A stretch of 64,000 nucleotides of DNA from Takakia lepidozioides (Eukaryota > Plantae > Bryophyta): positions 70,556,001-70,620,000 of the forward strand of contig CM060733.1 in the NCBI GenBank assembly GCA_030704615.1, in the 5' to 3' direction. Of this stretch, positions 1 to 12,238 are shown in pieces. The notes under the pieces are model-generated. The model searched no databases, was not told where the DNA came from, and was given only the letters and a program-made list of their open reading frames with translations. A program made the translations under genes and the position numbers. How positions within the stretch are numbered: position 1 is the first letter of the stretch; each line of letters starts with the position of its first letter.

Positions 1-956
1 TGACAGCTCCATATCCGGAACCTCCATTGTGGAGGAACCTCCAACACGACGGCAAGCTCCAGCATCAAACAGTGCCACTGAAATGGTGCAGGAGAGAAAC
101 AACCCCCTTGATGTGCTTGAGTCCGCATGCCCGACCACGTTTGGCACATAGAACGCACAAGTGTAGGGTCTCGTGTGAAATGTACAGCGATCAGGGCAAC
201 TAATTTTGAGAAGTGCACTTCATCTATATCCAGAGGTGGTGGCCGAACTCCTGCTCCGACTTTCACGGGTTTGATGCGTCCATACGGTCAACCAAAAGCC
301 AAGAACCACAAGTTCTAGTTCTGCGCAGATGATTGTGCCAGATGTGTGTATGGAACTGTGCGTCCTTCCGTAGTGATGAAGCCATCTCCTCCAACCGTTT
401 GGCCCGTGAAGGTGGGAACACATCTCAGCTTTCAGGAGATTGAAATGTTGGAGGAGGCAGGTTTTTCCCTTGCGAGACAACCCCAACTCCATGCATGTGC
501 TACTACTTCTGCGTCCTCCCGGGTCCCCCGGCAAATCCTGACTTGTGGCCAACCAAACGAGATGGAAAGCTCGTTCGGCGTTTCCCTCCAACCGCTGAAC
601 ACTTTGGCAAAGTGGAGTCCGCAAGAATGCTCCAAGCTCGTGTTGGAAGCACCGCGGAAGTACCCAATCCAGGATATGGTCGGGTATTCACAATCATCAC
701 TTCCACATCTGCTGTTCATGACAGGACCTACGACATCACGTTTCCAATTTCCCCAATTGCACATGTCCTGATTTTGTGAATATGCTATCAACCAGTTTGG
801 GCAAGAGAGGTAAATTCATACCCTGCAAACATTTGTATTTCATATTTTTGAAGAGGATGGTTTGCGATCCCAAACGTGATAGCTTTATTCACCATGCCAC
901 TATGAGTTTCAACGAGGTCAATACTCTATTGCAGTGGGATACAACACATGGGTAGC
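1..956 (+). pseudogene. C-terminal part of a SWIM zinc-finger, MULE-associated transposase-like gene (frameshifted)
   Basis: Manual translation of ~745-956 gives NFPNCTCPDF...KFIPCKHLYFIFLKR (SWIM CxC-xn-CxH). The upstream WPVKVGTHLSFQEIEMLEEAGF is homologous to WPIAPGCNLSQNEADAVIAAGF at 49948-50259. Confidence 0.75.
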
Positions 957-1359
957 ATCAACTATGCAATGTGGTATGTGGACGACCATGATTTGAAATG
1001 TGTAATTCACATCAATTCGTCGGCGGTGCAATGATATGGCCTCCAACTATATGGAGTGAGCTCTGAGTGGCATCTTTTAAAAGCACATTTGTCATTGCAC
1101 CGTTCGAAGTCTACATGTCTTGCTGTCGCTATGCACTACAATCATCTTTTGAAGATGATCCTAACTCTCATTGTTATTTGAGGAGGGAGGAAGGTCTTCC
1201 CGTGGCAGCCTTTATGGCGCACACTTTGTGATGATATTTTCTCGTCCTCGTAATTGTAAAAGTGAAACAAGCATTTGTAATTGTACAATATTGGATGCTA
1301 CAATTGTAGGCCTCATGGTAGTCTTGATTCTATTTAGGCAAGATTCCCTGCATTAATTC

Positions 1360-1600
1360 CACGGTCATAGGACCATCCTCGGTTATAGGCGGCGCATGTT
1401 AATGCTGACGTGGCAGATGACGGACAGTGCCACGTCATCATTTGCCGCCACATCAGCATGCTGACATGATGCTCATGCCACGTCAGTGTGGGTGCAGGCT
1501 CACGCCACATCAGCTGGCGTGAGCGTACGCTCACGCCATGTCACTCCTGCGTGAGCGTACGCTCGCGCGCTCACGCGCAACGCTCACGCCATTGCGTCGT
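1360..1600. repeat. Palindromic, G-box-rich transposon subterminal-like region
   Basis: Perfect 24-bp palindrome TGGCGTGAGCGTACGCTCACGCCA at 1515-1538 and several GCCACGTCA/TGACGTGGC motifs. A related array lies at 40790-40890. Confidence 0.55.
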
Positions 1601-1783
1601 TGTTTTCATTCTTGTGTTTGGATCCCCTCCACACCTGCATGCTTGATTGTGCGCCATGCTAGTTTTGTGTGGGCGCTTGATTTTATAGGTGATTGACTCG
1701 GGTTTGATCGCCGATCCAACCCTAGAGCATGATGTCGATGGTGAGGCTGGGCTGATGACCAGTCAGACCATCTTTGTTTCTCC

Positions 1784-2614
1784 TGTGGTGAGGTTGGAGG
1801 TGATGACCAGCCAACCATAGGAGTGCCTGCGGTGGATGCAGGTGCAGGCTATGTTAGGAACCTAGTATTCCAGACCCTAAGCCGCATCAAGTTCTCTACC
1901 CCGACACCTTGTGGAGAGGGGGTTAGGGACATGTTCATGACCAGTTGAGTGTCAGTTTGTCAACACAGAGGTGCCACTAGTTGCTGGGGAAAGTGCCGGT
2001 ACGAGCACTAGCGATTCTAGCGGGTATACGAGATGGGGTGTGGGCGCAGTGCCGAAATCGGGTGACTCATATCCAAGGGGCAAGGAAACTTGCGCCTTCT
2101 TTGGGAGTTCACGTGCTAGTGCACACTTGGCGCGTGCGCGTACTATAACTGCGCTACCGAGGGGGTTGTCTTGTAGTGCGGGCTAACGCGGAAGCTACGT
2201 GTTTCCGTTCACGTACTAGAATTGTGTAACCTCGGGACGAAGTTGTAGTGTGGCTTCGGCGTGTTCCCATACCTCAGGCGTGCATTCCAAAGCGGACCCA
2301 ATTGTAGTGATTGGGGCGCACAGTTGATTCAAGATTATTGTCGTGCGCATACATATCGCTACACAACTACATCGTTGTCCAGAATCACACAACACATGTG
2401 CACACCAAACACTAATCCAACCACTAGTCTGCCATTAGTGCAGCCACTAGTCCATCACTAGTCTGCCACTAGCCACCACTAGTGCAGCCACTAGTCCAAC
2501 CACTAGTCTGCCACTAGCCACCACTAGTGCAGCCACTAGTCCACCACTAGGCTGCCACTAGCCACTACTAGTGCAGCCACTAGTCCATCACTAGGCTGCC
2601 ACTAGTCCATCACA
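1784..2614 (-). repeat. 3' LTR of the DNMT-gypsy element
   Basis: On the minus strand the PPT AGGGGGGCGAT (2615-2625) directly precedes TGTGATGG at 2614. The probable end is ...CCTCACCACA at 1784 (lower boundary less certain). Contains CCACTAG-based tandem repeats at ~2420-2612. Confidence 0.6.
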
Positions 2615-2868
2615 ATCGCCCCCCTAGCTGTCGCTTAGGTCCCTCTAAGTCCAGGTAGCCACAAGATTTGATAGTGGCCATAGCCTCACAAAGTCCTCCA
2701 CCACTGTCCCTACTACACTCAAACTCAATAGATCAAGAGGCCGGGTACAAGAGTTGCCCCATCGTTAGTCGTCGTCTTGCAACCTTTGAGCCTGAGATCT
2801 TGGGTATTGACTCCTATGAGCTTGGCCTCCCATGTCTTGTTAGCTGCCACTAGTCATATCCACTGCCA

Positions 2869-3483
2869 CTATCCCAAGCAGTGTGGACATAACCAATCTC
2901 CATCAGGAACCCTCTCAAGAGGTGGTATCAAGCATCCCATGTGCCAACCTCTTGAGCATCGATCACTCACCAGCATAGTGGCGGCACCACGAGCATGCCC
3001 ACATAGCATGCAACGCAATCGTGCAGGTACCACTGCAAGGTTGGGATCTATCCTCTCATCCACATGTGGAAGGTGACATGGCGCACAATTACGCACATGC
3101 TCCTTCCATACCATGCCATCTCGACCCTCCAGAATCAACACTCCTGAAGGCAACACCTCCCTGACCCTTACAATCACACGTCCTGCTGTGACATCCAAGG
3201 TCGTAGGCGCTGTCTGCTGCAGATACACATAGTCCCCAGGGTGGAAACGCCGAACACTTGGCCGATATCCCCCTCCACGTATAGTGACATACATCAATGT
3301 GTCTCGGTGTTGGGCAATAGCAAGATTCTCAAAAGCCATATGCATGACTCTCTTGAACAATTCTGCCTGATGGGCACATGTTTGTGTCCACACATCCGGA
3401 TCATCAAGGTTGAGGACTACTGTAGCCTCCCTGCGAATAGATGCAGGCAAATCCGGCTCTCGGCCAAAGAGAAGGAAATATGG
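2869..3483 (-). pseudogene. Integrase C-terminus plus PHD finger
   Basis: PYFLLFGR integrase tail, then CMLCG...ML(V)SDRC...WHMGCL.PPL..VP.GDWLCPHC (C4HC3 with one Cys changed to Ser). Confidence 0.88.
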
Positions 3484-4326
3484 CACTACAACAGATCGCG
3501 GTATTTATGACTGTATATATGACTATTCTGCAATCATAAACGGTACATATGACTTCTATGACTGTAAGTCGTGCAAACCAAGTGAATACAATGAGTATAG
3601 GATGGTACGGTCCGGATAATTATAGTCAGATGAACCAAGTGATATCTCTCACTGCAGTCATATATACCATACTACAGTCGCCGCTGCCGCGCCACGTGGC
3701 GAGGCGCAATTGATTAAAAAAATTAAATTAAATTTTTTTTATTAAAAAAAAACAATTGTCAGACGCCTTGTCACACCGCATTGTGCCAGGTGGCATAATG
3801 CATTTTATAATAATGAAAAAACCACATGGCAGCCCATCTAGGGTACCACGTGCTATCCCTAGCTCGCCTACTAACCCTAGGGCCATCTTATCCATTTGAT
3901 TGTACTTAGAAGAGTTTGAACCTGCAACCTCTTTACTATAAGAATTATAGTTCACTACCTGCTAACCAATACACCCATTAATCATTCATGTGATCATTTG
4001 GTGTTTTAATTGTATTATACACACCAAATTACAAAATCTCCAGTAGTCATCATGACTATGTAACCTCATCCATGTACATTGTAGTCATGGAAATGACTAT
4101 GAATGGTGAGCTAAATTTGGTCAATTGCCGTTGACCAGCCTTCCGCCATTCCCAAGCCATGTAGTCATACAGACGACTACTTAGATAGTCATTTATATAA
4201 CTACACTCGTATGAACGACTGCGGGAGGTCAATTTCATATAAAAACATGGTGCAGTCATGGTCAAAGTCAAGAAAACCATGACTACCACGGTTTGGCAGT
4301 CATAACTACCGCGATATGTTGTAGTG
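3484..4326. mobile_element. Non-autonomous CACTA (En/Spm) element inserted in the integrase
   Basis: TIRs CACTACAACAGATCGCGGTA and TACCGCGATATGTTGTAGTG. Near 3-bp TSD (TGG / TGA). ATGACT/AGTCAT subterminal repeats. Removing it restores ...SFSPYFLLFG. Confidence 0.88.
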
Positions 4327-4329
4327 TGA

Positions 4330-4800
4330 TGAGAAGGAGGCAAGTGACGCTTGCTTGCTGAACCTGTAGCTAATGGCTAACCAAGGTACTTGAAGATCTC
4401 AATCTCCTAGGTGTCCCTTTTACAAGCCATACTTGCGCAAACCCCTCTTCACTGTCTGAACCACTCTCTCTGCCAAGCCATTGGCCTCAGGATGATCCCG
4501 AGAAGTGGTACGGTGGTCTATCAAGGCTTTATCACATAAAGGCTGAAACTCCCCCAAGAACTCTTTCCCTTCGTCCGTGAGTTTCGCAGCTGGAGCACCG
4601 AATCGGCTAAGCACACGATCCAGGAATGCATACGTAGCCCCCTCACTAGCCTTGTCAGGCAATGGAACCAACTCAATCCACTTGGAGAAGTGCTCCACCA
4701 TCACCAACACATACCTGTGGTGGCGCATCGTCAGTGGCAACGGCCCTGCGAAGTCAAGACTCCACCTGTAGCCCAATCCCATGATGGGTAATGGATGCAA
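4330..4800 (-). pseudogene. Integrase catalytic core (rve)
   Basis: WSLDFAGP...VEHFSKW...LTDEGKEF...HPEANGLAER (D-D-E triad). Confidence 0.9.
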
Positions 4801-5915
4801 CTATGGTGTAGGGGCGTTGAATGAAGCACGCACCCTGTCACACACCATGCACATAGCCACGAATTGTTGCACCTCTGTTTGCATACCACGCCACCAATAC
4901 TGCCCCTGCAGTAAACTATGAGTGCGTTGCACTCCAAAATGCCCCAACTCCTCATGGGCACGCTGTGTTGGGTGAGGCACGATCCTCACTCGACCATCCT
5001 CCCACACTCGAAGCAGGTGTATCCCCTCCCACTTGAACCTCTTGGCTCGTTGCAGGATCCGATCCCTCTCCTTGGCAGTCACACTAGCTGTCGTGTCTCC
5101 AGTGCGGAGGTAGTCCAACACAACCGAATCCTCATGTATATCTCTGGCACCACCTGGCTCATCACTAGCCTCAGGGTCCTCAGACACTCCATCTACAATC
5201 ATCCCTGTTGTAGGTCCAATCTGACCTCCCGATGCCAAGATACACAAAAAGGCAGATGCATGCCATCCCGACACCATCTCCTCGTCCGTCTCACCATGCC
5301 ACCGAGCTCCAGTGTCATCCTGTTGGCTCGTGCATGGATTGCGACTCAGTCCATCCGCATCCCTATTGACCAAACCCGGTCGATGCGTAACCTGAAAGTC
5401 ATACTCATGGAGTATAAGTGCCCACCGTGCAAGCTTCCCCGTAAGCTTGTCTGACTCCATCAACCACTTGAGTGGCTGGTGATCCGTGACAAGGGTGAAG
5501 AGATTGTCGTATAGATAGCACCTGAAGTGTGCCACGGCCCACACTGCAACTAAGCACTCCCCCTCACACACGAGCTATACTTAGACTCTGCAGCGTTGTT
5601 TGAGCGGCTAGCATAAGCCACTACAAACTCTCTTCCCTCATCATCCACCTGTGTGAGCACCGCTCCAAGCCCCAGCATGCTCCAATCTGTATGCAACTGA
5701 AAAGGACGCCCCCTGATAGGTCGTCTCAAGATGGGCGCCGAGGTCAACCTCGCCTTGAGCTCTTGAAAAGCTCGCTCTTGCTCATCTTCCCACTGCCGCT
5801 CTTGGTCTACCTTGGTCAGCTTGGTTAGAGCCTTTGCAATAGCACTAAATCCCTTGACAAACCGTCTATAGTAGTTTGTCAACCCCATGAAAGCTCGAAC
5901 ACATCTATGGGGCAT
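4801..5915 (-). pseudogene. RT connection, RNase H and integrase HHCC zinc finger (frameshifted)
   Basis: FMGLTNYYRRFV; HTDWS.LGLGAVL; E.LVAVWAV.HF; VTDHQPL; ADGLSR; HEELGH...CMVC. Confidence 0.88.
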
Positions 5916-6667
5916 GGAATCTGTGCAATGGCCTCTACCTTAGTCTGCTGCACCCCCAATCCTCCAGGATATATCATGTGGCCCAGATACTCAATCTGGT
6001 TGTGGAAGAACTGGCACTTCCCCGGATGTAATTTCAATTCGTGCGCTCTCAAGCGCTCAAACACCACCTGAAGGTGTCTCTCGTGCTCCTCCATCGTAGC
6101 ACTAAAGATGATGATGTCATCTATATAGCACCGAGCAAAGTCCACCCCTGCTAGAATCCTGTCCATGACTCTCTAGAATTCTGTAAGAGCGTTCTTAAGC
6201 CCGAATGGCAAGAACCGCCACTGATATAGGCAATCCTTCCCGTGCTCATTGATCCCCCAGAATGTCGTCTTCTGCTTGTCCGCCTCCTTGATCGGCAACT
6301 GGTGATATCCGGACCGCAAGTCTAACGTGCTAAAGACCTTGGCATGCCCAATGGCATCAAAGATCTCCTCAGGTGTGGGCATGGCATACTTATCGGACTT
6401 GGTCTGATGATTTACAGGCCGGTAGTCACCGCACATACGTCTCTCCGTCCAATTGCCATAGACATCCTTCTTGGCTGGCATCACCGTGGCTAAACCATAC
6501 TCTCCACCAGAGAGCTCCACCAAACCAGCCTCCCAGAGATCTTGAGTCCTCATCTGAATCAAAGACCTCTCTATGTCACTGTATTTGTAGGGTCTCCGAA
6601 AGATTGGCGTGTCGGTGGCCAACTCAATACGAATCTCCTGACCCTTCAGTGCTCCCAAATCCTTCAA
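5879..6667 (-). pseudogene. Gypsy reverse transcriptase
   Basis: RMCGDYRPVN, FSTLDLRSGYHQ, LPFGLKNA, YIDDII. One in-frame TAG at 6173-6175. Confidence 0.93.
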
Positions 6668-6826
6668 ACTAAAGGCAAAGCAATTCCTGTAAGCCCTCAG
6701 GATCCGCCGTATACGTCATCTCTCTCCTCCAGTGACAATGGGTCCAATGTCAGGCTCCCAATTGCCCTCCGTAACTGCAACCTTAAGTCCAGCAGACTTA
6801 GAGGTAGAGGACGCGTCCCGTGGTTG

Positions 6827-8125
6827 CTATGCCACAACCTCTTGAGCAGTACTCCTTGCCTGCTTAGTCAATGACAAGGCCTCATCCTGCCCCATCATCT
6901 CATCCTTGAGGACCTCCTCAACCCGAGAAGAATCCCCAACCTCATCCATCACAGCCGCCTTGGCTGCCAACTCCCTCTGAACCTCGAGCACCTCCCATGT
7001 GTGCCATGGATGTCTACACCCCGTGGTCCTCACCGGCTCGCCCCCACTCACTGCCTGTACCACCTCGGTAGGCAGAGAGACCGTTAAAGGAAGTGCACTC
7101 CGCACTCTACGTTGCTCAGCCATAGCCAAGCTGATAATCCAGGTCAAGCAATTTAGATCCATCACTTGCCCCAACACCTGACGATGTGATGCCTCAAAAA
7201 GAGAAGGCACCGCCGTGGTCCCAGTGGAAAAACCCATAGCCCGCTCTCGCTCGTCGGCATTAGGCTCCACTAACTGCTGCAACTGAGCATCCCACAGGAG
7301 GCCAGGTCCACTATCCCAGAAAGCATGCGATCATGGGAAGCTGAGCAGTGTAGGTAGTGTTACTCGTGGTCGACCCACCTTGTTGACTACTGCCAAAGGC
7401 GGACGGTCATCGTGTCTCACACCCTGAGACTGCCTCCCCGTGTCCAAGATGTTATCAACTGTGAGGTGTGTTGGCCGCTGCATCCCATCAAATGCACGCT
7501 TGAGCAGTGCGGGTGGCATCAAGTTAGTCCACCATAGCCGTGGACGATGAGCCCGTGACCCCACTGTAGCTGCATCCAGCAACACTACTGACCCAAGCCA
7601 CGACCAGACTTGATGCACACTGGCCATCACCCTGGCCCGAGAATCGCCCATCACTGGCACATTCTCCAAGATGTATGCTGGAGATACAGCTTGATGAAGC
7701 TGTAAGTGGCGCAAAACCCGCACCATCTCCCAAAACAGACCCGACCTCGAGTCTCACAATCCATTGTCATGCCCGGCTGATCAATGCCCTTGGCAGGGCC
7801 AACCTGCCACTACTAGATCAATGGAGCCAACCCGCTCCAAATCCTGCGCCCCCAGCAACGAAATGTCTGCTGGCAAGGCCTGCTGATATCCACAAACTGC
7901 AGACACCGACAACAATTCAGGGTACCGCTGCACCAAGTGAGCACCATGGTGTAGGGAGACGCGTCGTGCAGTCTCATCCCTCTCCACATACAGGTAACGC
8001 CAAACTCGTACACCTGCCTGTAGAACAGCAGCCAATCCGGTGCTGATCCCGCCAAACAAATCCAGAAGGCAAATGCCTTCATCTGGACATTGCCACACGA
8101 TTGGTGTGGTGTCCAATGGAGACAA
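6827..8125 (-). pseudogene. DNMT3-like C5 cytosine DNA methyltransferase domain within pol
   Basis: Motif I LDLFGGISTG; II YVERD; IV DLVVAGWPCQG; GL*DSRSGLF; VI YILENV; VIII LLDAATVGSRAHRPRLWWTN; IX/X ERERAMGF...RQVLG. All are in the RT reading frame and broken only by TGA/TAG stops. Confidence 0.9.
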
Positions 8126-8436
8126 CTGAGGTGGACCCGGTGCAATCCCCGCACCGTCCTCCTCTCCTGACGGTACAAAAGCCTCTACCTAGGCTTGTTA
8201 CACCCGTCGATCAGCAACCCGCTGCAAATCCTTGCTCGAGCCCCACAATGGAGTGTGAGCAACCATGGCAGACAACTCCGCCATACCATACATGTCATCC
8301 TGCTCTCCCAGAGGTGACACATCCTGTGAATGAGTGTTGCCATCCAACAACTCTCCAGGCCAAGTCACTGCAGCTGTGAATGCTGCTAGTGTTGGCATCT
8401 TGCCTCGCTGGGCAACCGCAACTCCTCCTATGAACG

Positions 8437-9267
8437 TCACAAGGAGCTGCACACGCCAGCCCTCCCCTGACTGCCATCCAGGCCTATAGGAAGCTGACTC
8501 CTCCCAAAAATCAAGGTGAAGCCCATGGGGTACAACACTGCCCCACCAACAATGACATTGTACGAGACCGCATTTGTCACAATGGCCTTGGCTCTCATCA
8601 CTGAGCCATCTAGCTCACGCCATGTCATGCCCCGAGCCTGCTCTGATCCTCCCAGAGATGTCTGTATCTGGAAAGGGCACGGCTCCATATCCGCCTCCGT
8701 GAGGCCCAAGCCTGCAATAGCAGCTCTGTTCAACATCAATGGCTGAGCTCCCGAGTCCAACAAGACCCGTAGTGGCCGGTACCTCTTGCCTACCGGTCCA
8801 CTCAAACAGAAAATGTCATCCTGGTTGTCTAACATGACAACTCCAGGTGTCACCATGGCGCGCTCAATGGTTGGCCTAGCTGGTAGCTCCATCAACCTGG
8901 CAGCTGCAGCTTGCCATGGCACCGCCATGGCAGTCTTGACCCTCACATCTGAGGATCCCTCCGGCACTACACCTCCCACTATCTCCGCAGAAGATGAAGT
9001 AACCTCCCCACTCTCACAAAGTGTAGCTGCCAGCCTGAATACCTCAGCTGGTCTTACCCCCGGCGTTGCAATCATGGTAGCCGAGAACAATGGAGCCTGG
9101 CACACAGTTGTGGCCACCCCCAACAGCACACTAGCTGCCGTAGCCTTGGCAACAGTAGGTAGTGGTGCTGCCTGTGTAGCTCTCCCCAATGGCATAGTAA
9201 CCTCCGCCTCGGTAACAGTCGGGCGAGAACTAGGTGCCATGGACGGCGTCGACACTGTATCTGCCAA
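8437..9267 (-). pseudogene. Retroviral-type aspartic protease with upstream linker
   Basis: VLLDSGA catalytic motif followed by the YNVIVG flap-like motif. Confidence 0.75.
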
Positions 9268-9550
9268 TGTGAATGACTAAGGAAGCCTGGCTTGATGGCT
9301 TGCCTCCCCACGCTGTGGATCCAACTCCACCTCTGCACCCCGTGGCTCAGGAACTCGTGCTGCTCCTCGAGTCACTGCCATAGCTGACTCCACTTGCACT
9401 AGTGGTAGTCCTGCCCCGCACATAGTGGTAGTGGTAGTGGGAAGCACAACATTTGGAAACCATTTCATTTATAAACAAAATTTGTACAACACAAGTTTTT
9501 TTTTAATTTAATTTTTTTAATCAATTGCACCTCGCCACGTGGCGCGGCAG

Positions 9551-9829
9551 CTGTGACTGGCTGTGTGAAACTGTGACGGGCTGTGACTGGTTGTGACGAC
9601 TGTGACGGGCTGTGTTGGCTGTGTCGGCTGTGACGACTGTGTTGGCTGTGTTGGCTGTGTCGGCTGTGACGGGCTGTGATGGCTGTGTCGGCTGTGACGG
9701 GCTGTGTAACCCCTCTCTACAGTGCGCTGTTATCACCCCTAAGGCTCCTGTTGGTCTCAGTCTGTGCAAAAATTAAGGGTACTCCTCAGATCCCGTAAAA
9801 ATGTCTAAGTCCCTGACAGTCCTCTAACA
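9551..9829 (-). repeat. Truncated 3' LTR (second LTR family) with GGCTGTG(AC) microsatellite
   Basis: Minus-strand PPT GAGAGGGGAAGGGG(TAA) precedes TGTTAGAGG at 9829. Homologous to the LTR starting at 59504 (+). Confidence 0.75.
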
Positions 9830-9868
9830 TTACCCCTTCCCCTCTCAAAAAGCCGTGTCCTCACGGTT

Positions 9869-12238
9869 TTACTGTTTGGGATTAGCAAACCTTTGTGAGT
9901 GAGCACCCTTCTGACGTTGAGAGTCTCGTGAAGGACTTTGTGTGCGAGCCCGAGGTCTGCCACTGGTTGACGGAGATGATTGAACACTACCTGGATATGT
10001 AAGGCCCTCTGGAGGCTGATATCGAGGTAATCTTTCAGGCATAGGAGACCCCCGTCGCTTCTTTTCTTCCATCTGAATTGCATAGTCTTCTCCCATGTCA
10101 AAAGAATCCCTCGAAGAAACAGTTGTATCAGAATCCTCATCGCCTCTCAGGTGTTTTGGTTGTCGAACTTTTGGTGGAATCCTCTGGGGCATACAATGTT
10201 GTCCTACCATGTCTGGAAGTTTATATTTTAAAACTTGGTATAAACGCTGAATTGCAAAATTGGTGAAGACACTGAGCTCCTTGTCTGTCCAGGTGAGTGG
10301 GGTACCAATGACTTGTGACTTGTTCAAGTATTTCCATGCCACATGTGCCTTAGAGAAAATATCATCAATGCCGAATTTCTGTGTTGACAAATTGTTCCAG
10401 GCTGCCTGAAACCATGAACGAATTTGACAATCATTTTGCATCATAACTTTTGGCTCATATAGGTACATATGAGGTGGCACTGAAGGTAAGACCCAATGAT
10501 CCCCACTGGAATAACTCAGAAAGCGCGCTTGCATTTTTTGCTGCTCAATGTGATAACGTACCAGAAAACAAGCAGCGTAGTATAATTCACATCCCATGAC
10601 AATACTCGCTACCTCCTTGGTCTTGGTATAAATGAATCCATGTACAACTTGGAAGACAATTAATTCCCTCAACATTGTACCTGCCTCATGCCAGTATTGT
10701 GCAAAGTGATGATCTTCAATTGGTCGATTGTTCGGAAGAACTTTAGTCCTAGTTGCCACTGGCAGCCAAATGCGCATGATTTGGTAGTAATGTGCAAATG
10801 ACTGCGGAGGACTAAATTCTTTCCAAGCCAAAATCCAACATGATGGGAATTTGGTTGAAGGGCAGAATCATAGCCCTACTGTACTCCCTTGCAGCTGGAG
10901 TTTTAGGTGGGTTAAAAGCAGCATTGCCCCATACCTCAGACTGTGGTGGCTGTGGTGTAGTTGTAGTAACAACAGGGTCAGCTATTGGCACAGTGACTTG
11001 CTGTGATGTTGGTGGCACTGGCTCTTGTACCATTGGCATCTCCTGCACCTCCTGTGAAGAAGACTGAAAAGCTAAAGTTCTCGCTTTTAAATAAGAAGCC
11101 ATTAGCTGTTCATCAGGTACACAGACTCTCTTGTCGATATTTGAAGTGAGGTCCTCCACTTGAGTCTGCAGGCCGTCTATATCCTCTTGTAACTCCGCTA
11201 TCCTACTATAGACATTGTCTATAGTAGTTGTGGCAATGTTCTGCACTTGCAGCCTGAGCTCATTCATCTCGCTTTGGGTGAGCTTTTGTGGTGCTTTGCC
11301 CTCCATGGCCCTTGTGCTAACCAGACCTGCATAAGGTGGTTATCCACCAAGTTGCTTGTGGTTCCTCTGAGAGTGTGCTCCTCTCTTTGTTTGTACACAT
11401 CTAACTGCTGTTGTAAAGCCTCCATGCGCTTCGCATGAGGTTCAACCAAATTCGCATAGGCAGCAGCCAGATTATTGGCTTCCTTCCAAGCTTTGTTAGC
11501 CACAGAGAGTTCATTTCTATTGGCCATGACCGTTTGTTGCAACTCCAGGATGTGCCTCTCTTGGTCAGCTTCAACCTGCCTGTATTGCTTGAAAGTATCC
11601 TCATTGCGACAGATTGTATTCTTCATGTCGACAATGAGTTTAATTTGCTCAACATTCTGTGCTTCTGCCTTCATACTTTTTTCCGCTTGACTGTTTATTT
11701 CTATTGTAGATTGGTCAAGCATAGTTGTGAGTGTAGCACATTGGATGGCCATCCTGTCATGCACTGTCTGCAACTCCGTATGTAGTGCATTTACTTGTTG
11801 CAACTTGCTTTCATGCTTCACCTGCATTTGGTATAGCTGTTGCTTATGTGCTTCGTGCAACTGGTCTTGCGCGAGGTCTGCCTCAATCAATTGTTCCTTG
11901 GTCAATTGCAAAGCCGCTTCTGTATTTTCCAAGTCCTGCTGCATCTTGAGAGTGACCTCCTCATCGACCTTGTTTGCACACTCAGTGGCTAGTCGAGCCT
12001 CAAACTCCTTCCTGAGTTCCTCTCTCAAGGCTGTCAATTGGGTAGTTGGAACATGGGATTTGACATAAGTCCCCAACAAATTAAGTGTCCTGCCTATGGA
12101 ACTCATCAGCATTGCCTGTTGAGGGTCATCATGGTGAGGTTGCTGCTGTTCCTCCTGATCCTCAACCGTGTGATGTCTCACGAACCATTCAGGCCATTGT
12201 CCCACCGGATTTTCTTCCTGAACCACATCATCCATCAC
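9869..12238 (-). pseudogene. Large accessory ORF (coiled-coil N-terminus, unknown C-terminal domain) just upstream of the PPT of an LTR element; two frameshifts
   Basis: Three overlapping ORFs (324, 164 and 320 aa), with a Q/E/L heptad-rich N-terminus, ending ~25 bp before the PPT. Confidence 0.6.

Larger units (their letters stand above)
1784..9468 (-). mobile_element. Ty3/gypsy LTR retrotransposon with PR-DNMT-RT-RH-INT-PHD pol (5'-truncated, degenerate)
   Basis: Minus-strand domain order is protease, C5-MTase, RT, RNase H, integrase, PHD, then a PPT and a TG-starting LTR. Confidence 0.9.

Noticed and set aside
6173-8200. Stop codons rescued by U-to-C RNA editing or readthrough
   Set aside because: Such editing is organellar. 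This is nuclear TE DNA with frameshifts elsewhere, so mutational decay is the simpler explanation.
9869-12238. True viral Env glycoprotein
   Set aside because: No evident signal peptide or transmembrane anchor; only the position is env-like.
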